DNA of 64,000 nucleotides from IMGVR_UViG_3300042519_004024:62001-126000; one strand, 5' to 3'. Positions 15,733 through 23,399 are shown, counted from the stretch's first letter. The notes: generated by a model from the letters alone, not told the origin. Made by a program: numbers and translations.

Positions 15733-16227
15733 TTATTTAACTTCAAATGCAAATTTAATCACACGTTTCTTTTTTACCGCATCATCCCAATTACCAATAA
15801 CAACACCATCTTTAATTGTGAATGCGTGTCTTGAAACAAGGATGAAGAATGTCCCAACAGGATTTTGTTTTGCAAAAGTACCAACAGTCATTTCTCGTTT
15901 AGTTACAACACCCTTAGTTTTAACTTCGTACTTTAAACTGTACATCCCCATAGTACTTTTAGTACCCATACATTTAACTTTCTTGTAGTTAATCTGTCTT
16001 CTATCTTCGGCGATTTGTTTCATTTTTAAAACAGTACCATAAGTCCCCTCACGATCTTTACGTCCAAAGTTCTCTTTAACATATTTGTGAGCGTAGTCAT
16101 ATGAAACCCCAAATGAAGATGCAAATGCTCTAACAACACAATCATTCTTCTCTCCTCTTGCGATAGGTGATTCAGCATACCCCTTAATCGCTTCTTTCGT
16201 CGTACAATATGGTAATCCTTCTTTCAT
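15733..16227 (-). CDS. Conserved phage protein, possible Cys-His peptidase-like fold
   Basis: EKNDCVVRAFA and SRHAFTIKDG; ATG 16227. Confidence 0.65.
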   Translation of the reverse strand: MKEGLPYCTTKEAIKGYAESPIARGEKNDCVVRAFASSFGVSYDYAHKYVKENFGRKDREGTYGTVLKMKQIAEDRRQINYKKVKCMGTKSTMGMYSLKYEVKTKGVVTKREMTVGTFAKQNPVGTFFILVSRHAFTIKDGVVIGNWDDAVKKKRVIKFAFEVK

Positions 16228-16274
16228 ACTGTAAAGATACAAAAACTTTTTTAATTGGCAAAATTAAAAATTAG

Positions 16275-16345
16275 CGCGCCCCCAAGGTTTCGAACCCTGA
16301 CCGATGGGTTTGGAATCCATCATGCTACCATTACACCAGAGACGC
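16275..16345 (-). tRNA. tRNA-Trp(CCA)
   Basis: Loop TTCCAAA, G73. Confidence 0.9.
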
Positions 16346-16382
16346 AAGTTGTCCGACCTAGCTCGGAACCGACATCGGATTG

Positions 16383-16455
16383 TACCCCCTCAGAGATTCG
16401 AACTCCGACCTGACACCTTAGAAGAGTGTTGTACTTCCAATTATACGAAAGGGGC
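16383..16455 (-). tRNA. tRNA-Arg(TCT)
   Basis: ACACT-CTTCTAA-GGTGT. Confidence 0.92.
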
Positions 16456-16460
16456 AAATA

Positions 16461-16631
16461 AAAGATGATGAATGACTTTATCAGGAATCCCGCTACTTCT
16501 ATCAAAGCTTCACACACCATTAGAGAGTTGGGTTGTTACATCAATACAATTAAGATTGAATACCTATCCTTAGTTTGTACCCTTGCGACACGTCTCTCCA
16601 CGCTTATCATTCTACGCTTCTTATCATCTTT
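16461..16631 (-). ncRNA. 171-nt rod-like ncRNA candidate (6S-like shape)
   Basis: AAAGATGAT/ATCATCTTT, GAATGAT/GTCATTC, AAGC/GCTT, TGGAGAG/CTCTCTA; bounded by two tRNA-Arg genes. Confidence 0.65.
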
Positions 16632-16633
16632 TG

Positions 16634-16706
16634 TACCTTCGGCGAGATTCAAACTCACATCTTGCGGGTCGTAACCGCAGGTTCTATTCTATTTAACTAC
16701 GAAGGT
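16634..16706 (-). tRNA. tRNA-Arg(ACG), variant D and T loops
   Basis: TGCGG-TTACGAC-CCGCA; D loop lacks GG; T loop TTTGAAT. Confidence 0.85.
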
Positions 16707-16710
16707 ATAA

Positions 16711-16802
16711 ATAGTTCTGGTCAACCACTCGCCACCCACCTCAGGGAATAAAGGGAATACCACCCTATACTTTGAGCCTAAGCCTTGTCCGTTGTGAACT
16801 AT
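16711..16802 (-). ncRNA. 92-nt structured ncRNA candidate
   Basis: ATAGTTC/GAACTAT closing stem, CAAC/GTTG, CTCA/TGAG, AGGG/CCCT; between His and Arg tRNAs. Confidence 0.5.
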
Positions 16803-16805
16803 TTG

Positions 16806-16879
16806 TGTGTATGATGGGGGTCGAACCCATGACCTCTTGAACCACAATCAAGCACTCTACCAACTGAGCTACATACACC
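16806..16879 (-). tRNA. tRNA-His(GTG)
   Basis: CTTGA-TTGTGGT-TCAAG; encoded G-1 opposite A73. Confidence 0.92.
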
Positions 16880-16884
16880 ATATT

Positions 16885-16954
16885 GTCCCGTGTAATGGTA
16901 TCGAACCACTCTAAAGTCGGATATGAGCCAACTTTGATCCCTGATCACACGGGA
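16885..16954 (-). tRNA. Non-canonical CAT tRNA with 8-bp acceptor and 8-bp anticodon stems (elongator Met candidate)
   Basis: TCCCGTGT/ACACGGGA; mini D arm ATC-AGG-GAT; AAAGTTGG-CTCATAT-CCGACTTT; T arm AGTGG-TTCGATA-CCATT. Confidence 0.7.
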
Positions 16955-16958
16955 GTTG

Positions 16959-17047
16959 AGGAAAACAGTGGTAACGATCCACAATCGGTTTCTCACCGAT
17001 CACATTGTTTAGCAAACAAGTCCCGTCGCCTTCAGGGATTACTTTCC
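16959..17047 (-). tRNA. tRNA-Ser(GCT)
   Basis: Loop TTGCTAA; variable arm ATCGGT/ACCGAT; T loop ATCGTTA; U73. Confidence 0.85.
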
Positions 17048-17106
17048 ATAGAGTGTGGTAGGACTGCAGTTCCTTGGGGATCCCACACTATTTATTCCCC
17101 TTTTTG

Positions 17107-17179
17107 TGTTCACGACGGGTTACGATCCCATTACCTCCGACGTATCAGATCGGCGCTCTACCAATTGAGCTACGTGAAC
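17107..17179 (-). tRNA. tRNA-Ile(GAT)
   Basis: CCGAT-CTGATAC-GTCGG; T loop ATCGTAA. Confidence 0.92.
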
Positions 17180-17185
17180 TTATCG

Positions 17186-17258
17186 CGGACAAGGAAGGGT
17201 ACGATCCTACAACCTATCGGTTAACAGCCGATTGCTCTACCAATTGAGCTACTTGTCC
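17186..17258 (-). tRNA. tRNA-Asn(GTT)
   Basis: ATCGG-CTGTTAA-CCGAT, G73; T loop ATCGTAC. Confidence 0.92.
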
Positions 17259-17262
17259 ATTG

Positions 17263-17348
17263 TGGTGGGAGAGGAGGGACTCGAACCCCCAAGGTCTTTC
17301 GACGACAGATTTACAGTCTGCTGAGCCAACCAATTGCTCAACTCTCCC
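17263..17348 (-). tRNA. tRNA-Tyr(GTA)
   Basis: GCAGA-CTGTAAA-TCTGT, variable arm, encoded CCA. Confidence 0.95.
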
Positions 17349-17354
17349 AGTTTA

Positions 17355-17477
17355 GGAAAGGGGAAGATGGTTCTGTGGACATCCCCTTTTATGATTGGCG
17401 TTACTATGACAGTTAAAACTCCGACATAACCACGACTACTGACACGTTAACGTTATATCATTCCCCAATCAACCTTT
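17355..17477 (-). ncRNA. Structured ncRNA candidate between tRNA-Val and tRNA-Tyr
   Basis: TGATTGG/CCAATCA domain then AAAGGGGATG/CATCTTCCCCTTT hairpin. Confidence 0.5.
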
Positions 17478-17478
17478 G

Positions 17479-17552
17479 TACACCCTACAGGGATCGAACC
17501 TGTGACCTGTTGTATGTAAAACAACCGCTACTACCAGCTGAGCTAAAGGTGC
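17479..17552 (-). tRNA. tRNA-Val(TAC)
   Basis: GTTGT-TTTACAT-ACAAC. Confidence 0.92.
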
Positions 17553-17554
17553 GT

Positions 17555-17770
17555 TTATGATGTTATCATTTTAATACTTTCAATTGTGGTAGAGTACATT
17601 CCTTGTTCAATGTAAGGTTTACTATCTTTTAATAGTTTCAAAACAATTTCTGTTGCCTCGTTTTCGGTTTTACCTTGTTTAACCAATCTTACGATTGCTT
17701 TTTCACATTCTTCACCAACCTTAACCATTCCACTTGGAAGTCCTTTTTTAATCTTCTCTACTTTTTTCAT
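17555..17770 (-). CDS. Hypothetical early protein
   Basis: 71 aa directly after promoter TTTG-N19-TATCTTTG (17775-17805). Confidence 0.7.
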   Translation of the reverse strand: MKKVEKIKKGLPSGMVKVGEECEKAIVRLVKQGKTENEATEIVLKLLKDSKPYIEQGMYSTTIESIKMITS

Positions 17771-17813
17771 AGTACAAAGATAATACTTTTTTTTAATCTA
17801 CCAAATTTTTTTG

Positions 17814-17888
17814 TGATCCCGGTGAGGCTCGAACTCACGACCCCTCCATTAAAAGTGGAGTGCTCTAAACCAACTGAGCTACGAGATC
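17814..17888 (-). tRNA. tRNA-Lys(TTT)
   Basis: CTCCA-CTTTTAA-TGGAG. Confidence 0.95.
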
Positions 17889-17948
17889 TTCTGTTTGTCA
17901 TTCTTGTCACTTTCCATGTTACTTGTTTTTAATTGTTTATTTATTTAG

Positions 17949-18022
17949 TCTAAGTGGCAGGGATCGAACCTGCGGCCTGATGCTCCCAAAGCACCCGCTC
18001 TTCCAAACTGAGCTACACCTAG
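17949..18022 (-). tRNA. tRNA-Pro(TGG)
   Basis: GGTGC-TTTGGGA-GCATC; C1:G72. Confidence 0.95.
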
Positions 18023-18028
18023 TTATTG

Positions 18029-18117
18029 TGGAGGAAGAAGTAGGTGTCGATCCCAATACCCGCAAAGGTACCGCCCGTTTTCAAGACGGGGTCACAAGCC
18101 GTTGTGATTCATCTTCC
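18029..18117 (-). tRNA. tRNA-Ser(TGA)
   Basis: CCCGT-CTTGAAA-ACGGG; variable arm; T loop ATCGACA; U73; encoded CCA. Confidence 0.87.
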
Positions 18118-18123
18118 TTATTG

Positions 18124-18195
18124 TTGTTCCCCAAGGGTTCGAACCTCGATTCCATGGACCAAAACCATGTGTCCTGCCGATTAGACGAGGGAACA
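18124..18195 (-). tRNA. tRNA-Gln(TTG)
   Basis: CATGG-TTTTGGT-CCATG. Confidence 0.93.
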
Positions 18196-18238
18196 TTAAT
18201 GAAGCCAATATGTCAAAGAACTTTTTCTTTTTTGTTTG

Positions 18239-18311
18239 AGGTTCCTATCAGGTTCGAACTGATGACTCCGGGTTACAAAGCCGGGATATTACCAAACTAT
18301 ACTAAGGAACC
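18239..18311 (-). tRNA. tRNA-Thr(TGT)
   Basis: Loop TTTGTAA, C31xC39 mismatch, U73. Confidence 0.88.
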
Positions 18312-18324
18312 AAATTTTTGGGTA

Positions 18325-18357
18325 TAAAAAAACCCGAACTTTTTGGGTTCGGGTCTT
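18325..18357 (-). terminator. Intrinsic terminator / possible attenuator before tRNA array B
   Basis: ACCCGAACC-CAAAA-AGTTCGGGT plus T-run. Confidence 0.8.
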
Positions 18358-18388
18358 ATATTTCTTTTATATTTTTAGTTAATCTCTA

Positions 18389-18499
18389 TCAACTCATAAA
18401 TGAAAATGCCCTAACTCGCGACTTAAGCGTACGATACACATTGAACGACCACTGAATGCTCGGGTTACAAATGTTCATATGTCTATTAGTTGTTTTCAT
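18389..18499 (-). CDS. Putative 36-aa leader peptide
   Basis: Hand translation MKTTNRHMNICNPSIQWSFNVYRTLKSRVRAFSFMS; late motif 18506-18512; several GC-rich codons (TCG, CGA, AGG, ACG, CCG). Confidence 0.55.
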   Translation of the reverse strand: MKTTNRHMNICNPSIQWSFNVYRTLKSRVRAFSFMS

Positions 18500-18617
18500 C
18501 TTGTTATAAATATATCGTTATTTCTAAAAGTTTTAATTCTTATACAAATTTAGTTATTTTTTTCTATTTGAAAAGTGTTTTATTGTTTTTTTTATATTTA
18601 TTTAAAAAATATTTCTT

Positions 18618-20003
18618 GTGGTAGAAAAAAAGGCTTTAAATGAAGAATTAAAAAGAATTAAACAATTAATGGTATATGATATGAATTACCATAATTCTAA
18701 AATTTATGAGGATGTTGTCACATCTTCTAAAGTCGGTCAATGTAAAATTACCCCAAATCCAATTCAGGAAAATGAGGTTGCGATTATCTCCTTTGATAAA
18801 AACAAATCACAATTTAGAGTTGGTATGAAATTATTTTTTGGATCCGCTAAAACTGAAACTCAATTAAAAAATGGTTTTGATAAACTCATTAATTTAATTT
18901 TACAATACCCTGATCTTGATGAGGGAATAAAAAATAAAATTAAAAGTGGTGAATTTGCTTTAGGTATACCTACAGTATTAAATGTTATTGGGTCGGCAAG
19001 TAGCGTAAGGGGGGTTCCTGTTATGCCAACAATAACTAATAATAAAGCATCAACAAAAATTACATCAATTAACGTCAATTCTTTTGCGTCAAATATTAAT
19101 AGAACCGCAGATAATTACAAAACACTTAAAGATGATGAAATTAATAACGGATATGCCACAGGACGTATACAAACAATAACTGATTTTATAAAGTCAGGAA
19201 AATTAACAAAAATACAGTCAGGTATGGATGTTGAGGTTAAAAACAATGTTGCGGTTATTACCGATACGGGTGGTTGTGACGATGAGCATAGAAATACCGA
19301 CATATACCCAAATGCTGGACAATTTGCTCTTTTGGATATGTATGTCACTTTATCTAAAAAAATAATTGTCGCCACTAACCCATCAACTTGTATTAATAAG
19401 TTGACAATTAAAATTGGTTATGATAAAGATCTTGCAACTACTGAACTTCAAAAACACGAGTGTGATTTTGGAATTTTTAATGTATATGCAAATGATGTTT
19501 TTGTTAAAACTATTAATTTAAATAATTATGTTTTTGATACCGGTTTAAGAACTAGAGAAACTAATGTTGATGGATTAAAAATAACTGATTTTACTGAAGG
19601 TAGGGAATCTGATGGGTTAACTGGAGGTACTAGATTTTATACCATAACAATAAACCAAAATGATAAGTTATGGAATGATATTATGGCAAACGCACCTAAA
19701 TTTGGTAACCATATTATGTTATCATATAAAGGTTTCCCTAGCGCTTGGTACGCCGGTAAGAAGATTTACGCCCAAGGAGCTAGAAACAGTAAAACACTTG
19801 GACCAGCAAAAAAATGGGATGGTAGTGATGCAGAATCACATGCGTCAGCAGTTTATTTAGATATTACTCTTTATAGAAAAGATAAAACAAAGGACAATAT
19901 TAAAGGTTGGACAACAGCAACTGCAAGAGGTGTTCAAATGATTACAATTGCTGACTTAACACCTTGTTCAAAATCTAGTGATAAGAGAATAGTAATATCT
20001 TAA
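18618..20003 (+). CDS. Hypothetical late protein, probable virion-associated
   Basis: 461 aa; leader ALNEELKRIKQLM; TATTTAT at 18595-18601. Confidence 0.75.
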   Translation: MVEKKALNEELKRIKQLMVYDMNYHNSKIYEDVVTSSKVGQCKITPNPIQENEVAIISFDKNKSQFRVGMKLFFGSAKTETQLKNGFDKLINLILQYPDLDEGIKNKIKSGEFALGIPTVLNVIGSASSVRGVPVMPTITNNKASTKITSINVNSFASNINRTADNYKTLKDDEINNGYATGRIQTITDFIKSGKLTKIQSGMDVEVKNNVAVITDTGGCDDEHRNTDIYPNAGQFALLDMYVTLSKKIIVATNPSTCINKLTIKIGYDKDLATTELQKHECDFGIFNVYANDVFVKTINLNNYVFDTGLRTRETNVDGLKITDFTEGRESDGLTGGTRFYTITINQNDKLWNDIMANAPKFGNHIMLSYKGFPSAWYAGKKIYAQGARNSKTLGPAKKWDGSDAESHASAVYLDITLYRKDKTKDNIKGWTTATARGVQMITIADLTPCSKSSDKRIVIS

Positions 20004-20127
20004 TTTTTTTTATTACTATAATGTATTTGTTCTTCCTCTAATCTACGTAAAAAAACGTAGTATTCTTCCGATTCTATAAATTCATTGTGGATTAATTCTA
20101 ATATTTCTTCCATTACTATTGTGTTAG

Positions 20128-20201
20128 TGATCCGCTCAGGATTCGAACCTGAGACCTACTGCTTAGAAGGCAGTTGCTCTATCCAGCTGAGCTAGCGGAC
20201 C
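20128..20201 (-). tRNA. tRNA-Arg(TCT), second isolated gene
   Basis: ACTGC-CTTCTAA-GCAGT; canonical cloverleaf. Confidence 0.95.
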
Positions 20202-20207
20202 ATATTA

Positions 20208-20393
20208 TTAGATTTTTTTTACCTCGTAAACGTGTCCCGAATCTGAGTTGGTTTGAAAAATATCTTTCATTTCTTCAGCCTCTTCTTTGGTTTCAAACTC
20301 CCACACTTCAGTATCACTGTTTAAAAGAATTACAGGTACTTTCTTACTTCGGTTATTTGAATTCACGCTTACGTGTTTAACTATTACGTACAT
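20208..20393 (-). CDS. Hypothetical protein
   Basis: ATG 20393; TATATTTG at 20408-20415. Confidence 0.7.
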   Translation of the reverse strand: MYVIVKHVSVNSNNRSKKVPVILLNSDTEVWEFETKEEAEEMKDIFQTNSDSGHVYEVKKI

Positions 20394-20474
20394 ATCTTTG
20401 TTTTTAACAAATATAATAAATAAAAATCCCCCAGTCAATAATGAAAGGGGGAATATTTCTTTGATTTTATTTTA

Positions 20475-20777
20475 TTACCTTCCGATAATCAATTCATTAA
20501 AATCAATGTCATTTGCACCTTTTATTTTACCCTCAAGTTCATCGTACATATAAGATTTAACTACCGATGTTACTGACTGTTCCGCTTGTGCAATTTTTGT
20601 TTCCATCCAATCTTCAAGCTCTTCACCATCTTCCATTAATTCCCACATTTTATAGCAAAGTGTTGCCATTGTAAACAATTGTTGTTTAGCCATGTAAGAA
20701 CCATCTTGATCGCTTTCCTTAAGGATTTTAACCATTCGTTCCAATTGTTTTTCTGTTATTATCACTTTTTTACTCAT
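20475..20777 (-). CDS. Leader-family acidic protein
   Basis: MSKKVIITEKQLERMVKILKES from ATG 20777. Confidence 0.8.
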   Translation of the reverse strand: MSKKVIITEKQLERMVKILKESDQDGSYMAKQQLFTMATLCYKMWELMEDGEELEDWMETKIAQAEQSVTSVVKSYMYDELEGKIKGANDIDFNELIIGR

Positions 20778-21577
20778 ACCGCCTTTGTTGTACATCCTAC
20801 TTTAATACACATCTTTATTGCTATTGAATCACAGTACTTGAAATCTTGTCCTGGACCTGGCATACAATTTACAAATTCAGGACACTTAAATACGTCTTTA
20901 CCTCCAACATTCCAATAACATTGGTTAACTTTGCCGTCTTTATTTATATAATTGTTATCAATTTTATCATCACTTTTTTTTGCGTTATTCATAATACATT
21001 CCATAAACCCTGGATAATTAGGAACCGGATTTGCAAATAAGTATTTTTGCATACAGTATTTTACTTCCTCACAATCAAATTGATTGACGTAATCTTGTTT
21101 TGTTTTTTCATCATCAACGTATCTTTCTTGATTATTATCATCATAATCATCACAATTACATTGCGGTAAATCGATACATCCTTCTTCTTCTAACGCCTTT
21201 AATGTGTTGTAACCAACTTTACCATCAACAGTCAATCCATTGTTTTTTTGGAACTCTTTAACCGCATCTCTTGTATGTTGTCTAAATTTTCCGTCACAAC
21301 TATTTTTATCTTTGGCACAACCGGTATTCATTCCTCCACCTTCATACTTAATGTTGTAACCACATTTAGATAATGCGTGTTGGATTTCTTTAACAACGTC
21401 ACCGTTTGATCCGTATGCTGCCATTTTTCGTTTACAAATAATATCACATAACTCATCACCTTCTTGTATTATACCATACTCATAAGCCTCATTAAGGTGT
21501 TGGGTTTTTGTTGCATAGGTATGCATGTTAATTATTCGTTTCTTTTCTTCTTCAGTTATAATAAAACTTTTATTCAT
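20774..21577 (-). CDS. Leader-family protein with peptidoglycan-binding domain and Cys-rich C-terminus
   Basis: MNKSFIITEEEKKRII; GSNGDVVKEIQHAL...AVKEFQKNNGLTVDGKVGYNTLKAL. Confidence 0.85.
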   Translation of the reverse strand: MNKSFIITEEEKKRIINMHTYATKTQHLNEAYEYGIIQEGDELCDIICKRKMAAYGSNGDVVKEIQHALSKCGYNIKYEGGGMNTGCAKDKNSCDGKFRQHTRDAVKEFQKNNGLTVDGKVGYNTLKALEEEGCIDLPQCNCDDYDDNNQERYVDDEKTKQDYVNQFDCEEVKYCMQKYLFANPVPNYPGFMECIMNNAKKSDDKIDNNYINKDGKVNQCYWNVGGKDVFKCPEFVNCMPGPGQDFKYCDSIAIKMCIKVGCTTKAV

Positions 21578-21588
21578 AACGTATTATA

Positions 21589-22071
21589 TTAAGCGGATTT
21601 TACAGTTTCCAAAAATCCTTCATTTATTCCTTTTAGTTGTGCAATTGCTTCAGAGTATGCCTTCATACCTTCATTTAATTTTTCCATTCTATTTTCAATA
21701 TCATCACCTCTTCTTGTCGCCCCTAATTTTTCAACTCTTTTTTCAATTTTTTCTTTATTAGCTTCGTCAAATAACGCCGCTAAATCATTTTCCATTTCTG
21801 TTAATTCATTTTGCATTGATGTTGCTCTACTTCTAACTCTTGCGTATGCCGCTTCAAGTGCCGGATTCAACTGAGTACCACCAGCAAATGTTGATCCAAG
21901 GTTTTGTCCAAATGTTTTAAATCTACTAAAAAACCCAACAGTGTTAGCCTTCAGTCTATCCCACCATCCTTCATTCATTATTTCTATTCTTTTTCTACTT
22001 TCTTGAATAAATCTTTTTTCTGTAATTTTATTCAATTCTTGCATTTGTCTAATTTTTGTGTAACTTTTCAT
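21589..22071 (-). CDS. Leader-family helical protein
   Basis: KITEKRFIQES...IMNEGWWDRLK; coiled-coil pattern. Confidence 0.75.
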   Translation of the reverse strand: MKSYTKIRQMQELNKITEKRFIQESRKRIEIMNEGWWDRLKANTVGFFSRFKTFGQNLGSTFAGGTQLNPALEAAYARVRSRATSMQNELTEMENDLAALFDEANKEKIEKRVEKLGATRRGDDIENRMEKLNEGMKAYSEAIAQLKGINEGFLETVKSA

Positions 22072-22096
22072 TTTTTTATTTTTTATTTTTTATTTA

Positions 22097-22465
22097 TTAC
22101 CATGTTCTGCAAGCCCAATATCTTGGTTTCCATCTTGGTCCAGGATTATCACAATTATGTCTCGCTCTAAATGAACGTCTCCTCTCAGGATTGTTCTTTT
22201 TAATCACCATTCGTTTTCCTTTTGCGGATTTTCCACCAAACCCAAAATTCACTTTAACAACTTTACCTTTATCGTTTTTAACATATACCTTGAACTTTTT
22301 GATGTCTCCTTGCATAATCTTACCAAGTTGAACTTTTCTTCCTTGGTATTCGGCTTCATTTAAAAAATCAATGTTTTCTACTGTTCCGTAAACGTCCTCA
22401 TAAATTACAGTATTTCTTTTAAGTTCTTCGGAAATTACTTTTTTTATAATATCATTAATATTCAT
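22097..22465 (-). CDS. Leader plus basic DUF6321-like domain
   Basis: MNINDIIKKVISEE; KKFKVYVKN...VKVNFG...NPERRRSFRARHNC...RYWACRTW. Confidence 0.7.
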   Translation of the reverse strand: MNINDIIKKVISEELKRNTVIYEDVYGTVENIDFLNEAEYQGRKVQLGKIMQGDIKKFKVYVKNDKGKVVKVNFGFGGKSAKGKRMVIKKNNPERRRSFRARHNCDNPGPRWKPRYWACRTW

Positions 22466-22487
22466 ACAAATAAATATCACATTAATA

Positions 22488-22514
22488 AAAAAAAGGTGAG
22501 TGTTACCTCACCTT
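22488..22514 (-). terminator. Intrinsic terminator
   Basis: AAGGTGAG-GTAACA-CTCACCTT plus T-run. Confidence 0.8.
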
Positions 22515-22579
22515 ATTTTGGGTCGTCCACGGATTGTGAACCAACTACCACCACTTTGTTTTAAAGAGAAACAAAGAAA

Positions 22580-22846
22580 CTACCCCTCTAACTTGGATTT
22601 TGCCACAACTACTTCAGCCATTGAAACTTCTTTTGCTAAGCCAATAACCATACATTCTTTCAACATATTGGATGGTATATGAATTAAAAAATCCTTCCCG
22701 TTGAATGTTGTAAGGTTTTCACCTAATTCAATTGATACGTGTACCATTTTCAAAAATAATTTGAATTGTACTTCGTCCATAAATGTCTCATTCAATACTT
22801 CCCCGTATTTAGGGTGAACAATCGTTACATGTTTTAGTGTTGCCAT
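22580..22846 (-). CDS. Hypothetical early protein
   Basis: Promoter TTTG-N19-TACATTTG at 22861-22891. Confidence 0.75.
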   Translation of the reverse strand: MATLKHVTIVHPKYGEVLNETFMDEVQFKLFLKMVHVSIELGENLTTFNGKDFLIHIPSNMLKECMVIGLAKEVSMAEVVVAKSKLEG

Positions 22847-22886
22847 ATCTTTTATTTATACAAATGTAATACTTTTTTTTTAATTA

Positions 22887-23303
22887 TCAAATTTCTGTGT
22901 ACTGAATTTTTGAAATTACAATACTTGAATTTCTATCCTCAATTCCGAAGTATTTTAGCTCATTTAACATAGCACCTAAAATACCTCTTCTGTACCAACT
23001 GTTATATCTTTTAGCGTATCGTTGACAGTAACGGTTAGATTGGTAAAAATGCCCCACCTCTGTTCTCATATCAACAATAACGTCAATCTCATAAACGTAC
23101 TGATCTTGGTTATCAGACCACTGAGTTCTTCTGTGTTTATATTTTCTAATGGATTTGATTTTGAAAACAGAATTTCTTAAGTCCGAATCCACATGGTAAC
23201 CATCATTTTGTTGTGGTTTGATTTCCATATTTTTAGTTAATTTTTTAACCACCTTGATGTGGTTATCTGATATCGCTCTTCCTGTTTTGTCGTTGTTTTC
23301 CAT
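22887..23303 (-). CDS. Hypothetical early protein
   Basis: Promoter TTTG-N19-TATCTTTG at 23308-23338. Confidence 0.75.
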   Translation of the reverse strand: MENNDKTGRAISDNHIKVVKKLTKNMEIKPQQNDGYHVDSDLRNSVFKIKSIRKYKHRRTQWSDNQDQYVYEIDVIVDMRTEVGHFYQSNRYCQRYAKRYNSWYRRGILGAMLNELKYFGIEDRNSSIVISKIQYTEI

Positions 23304-23399
23304 ACATCAAAGATAAGCAAAAAAAATTAATGCACAAAAAAATGGATACAAATATTATCTGCATCCATCAATTTTTTTACTTATAAGATTTTAAACCTA

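Noticed and set aside
9156-18327. ORFs 9156-9470, 14773-15042, 14877-15110, 16320-16520, 16465-16674, 16799-16996, 16883-17224, 17923-18327
   Set aside because: They overlap tRNA genes or structured RNAs; higher GC lowers stop frequency.
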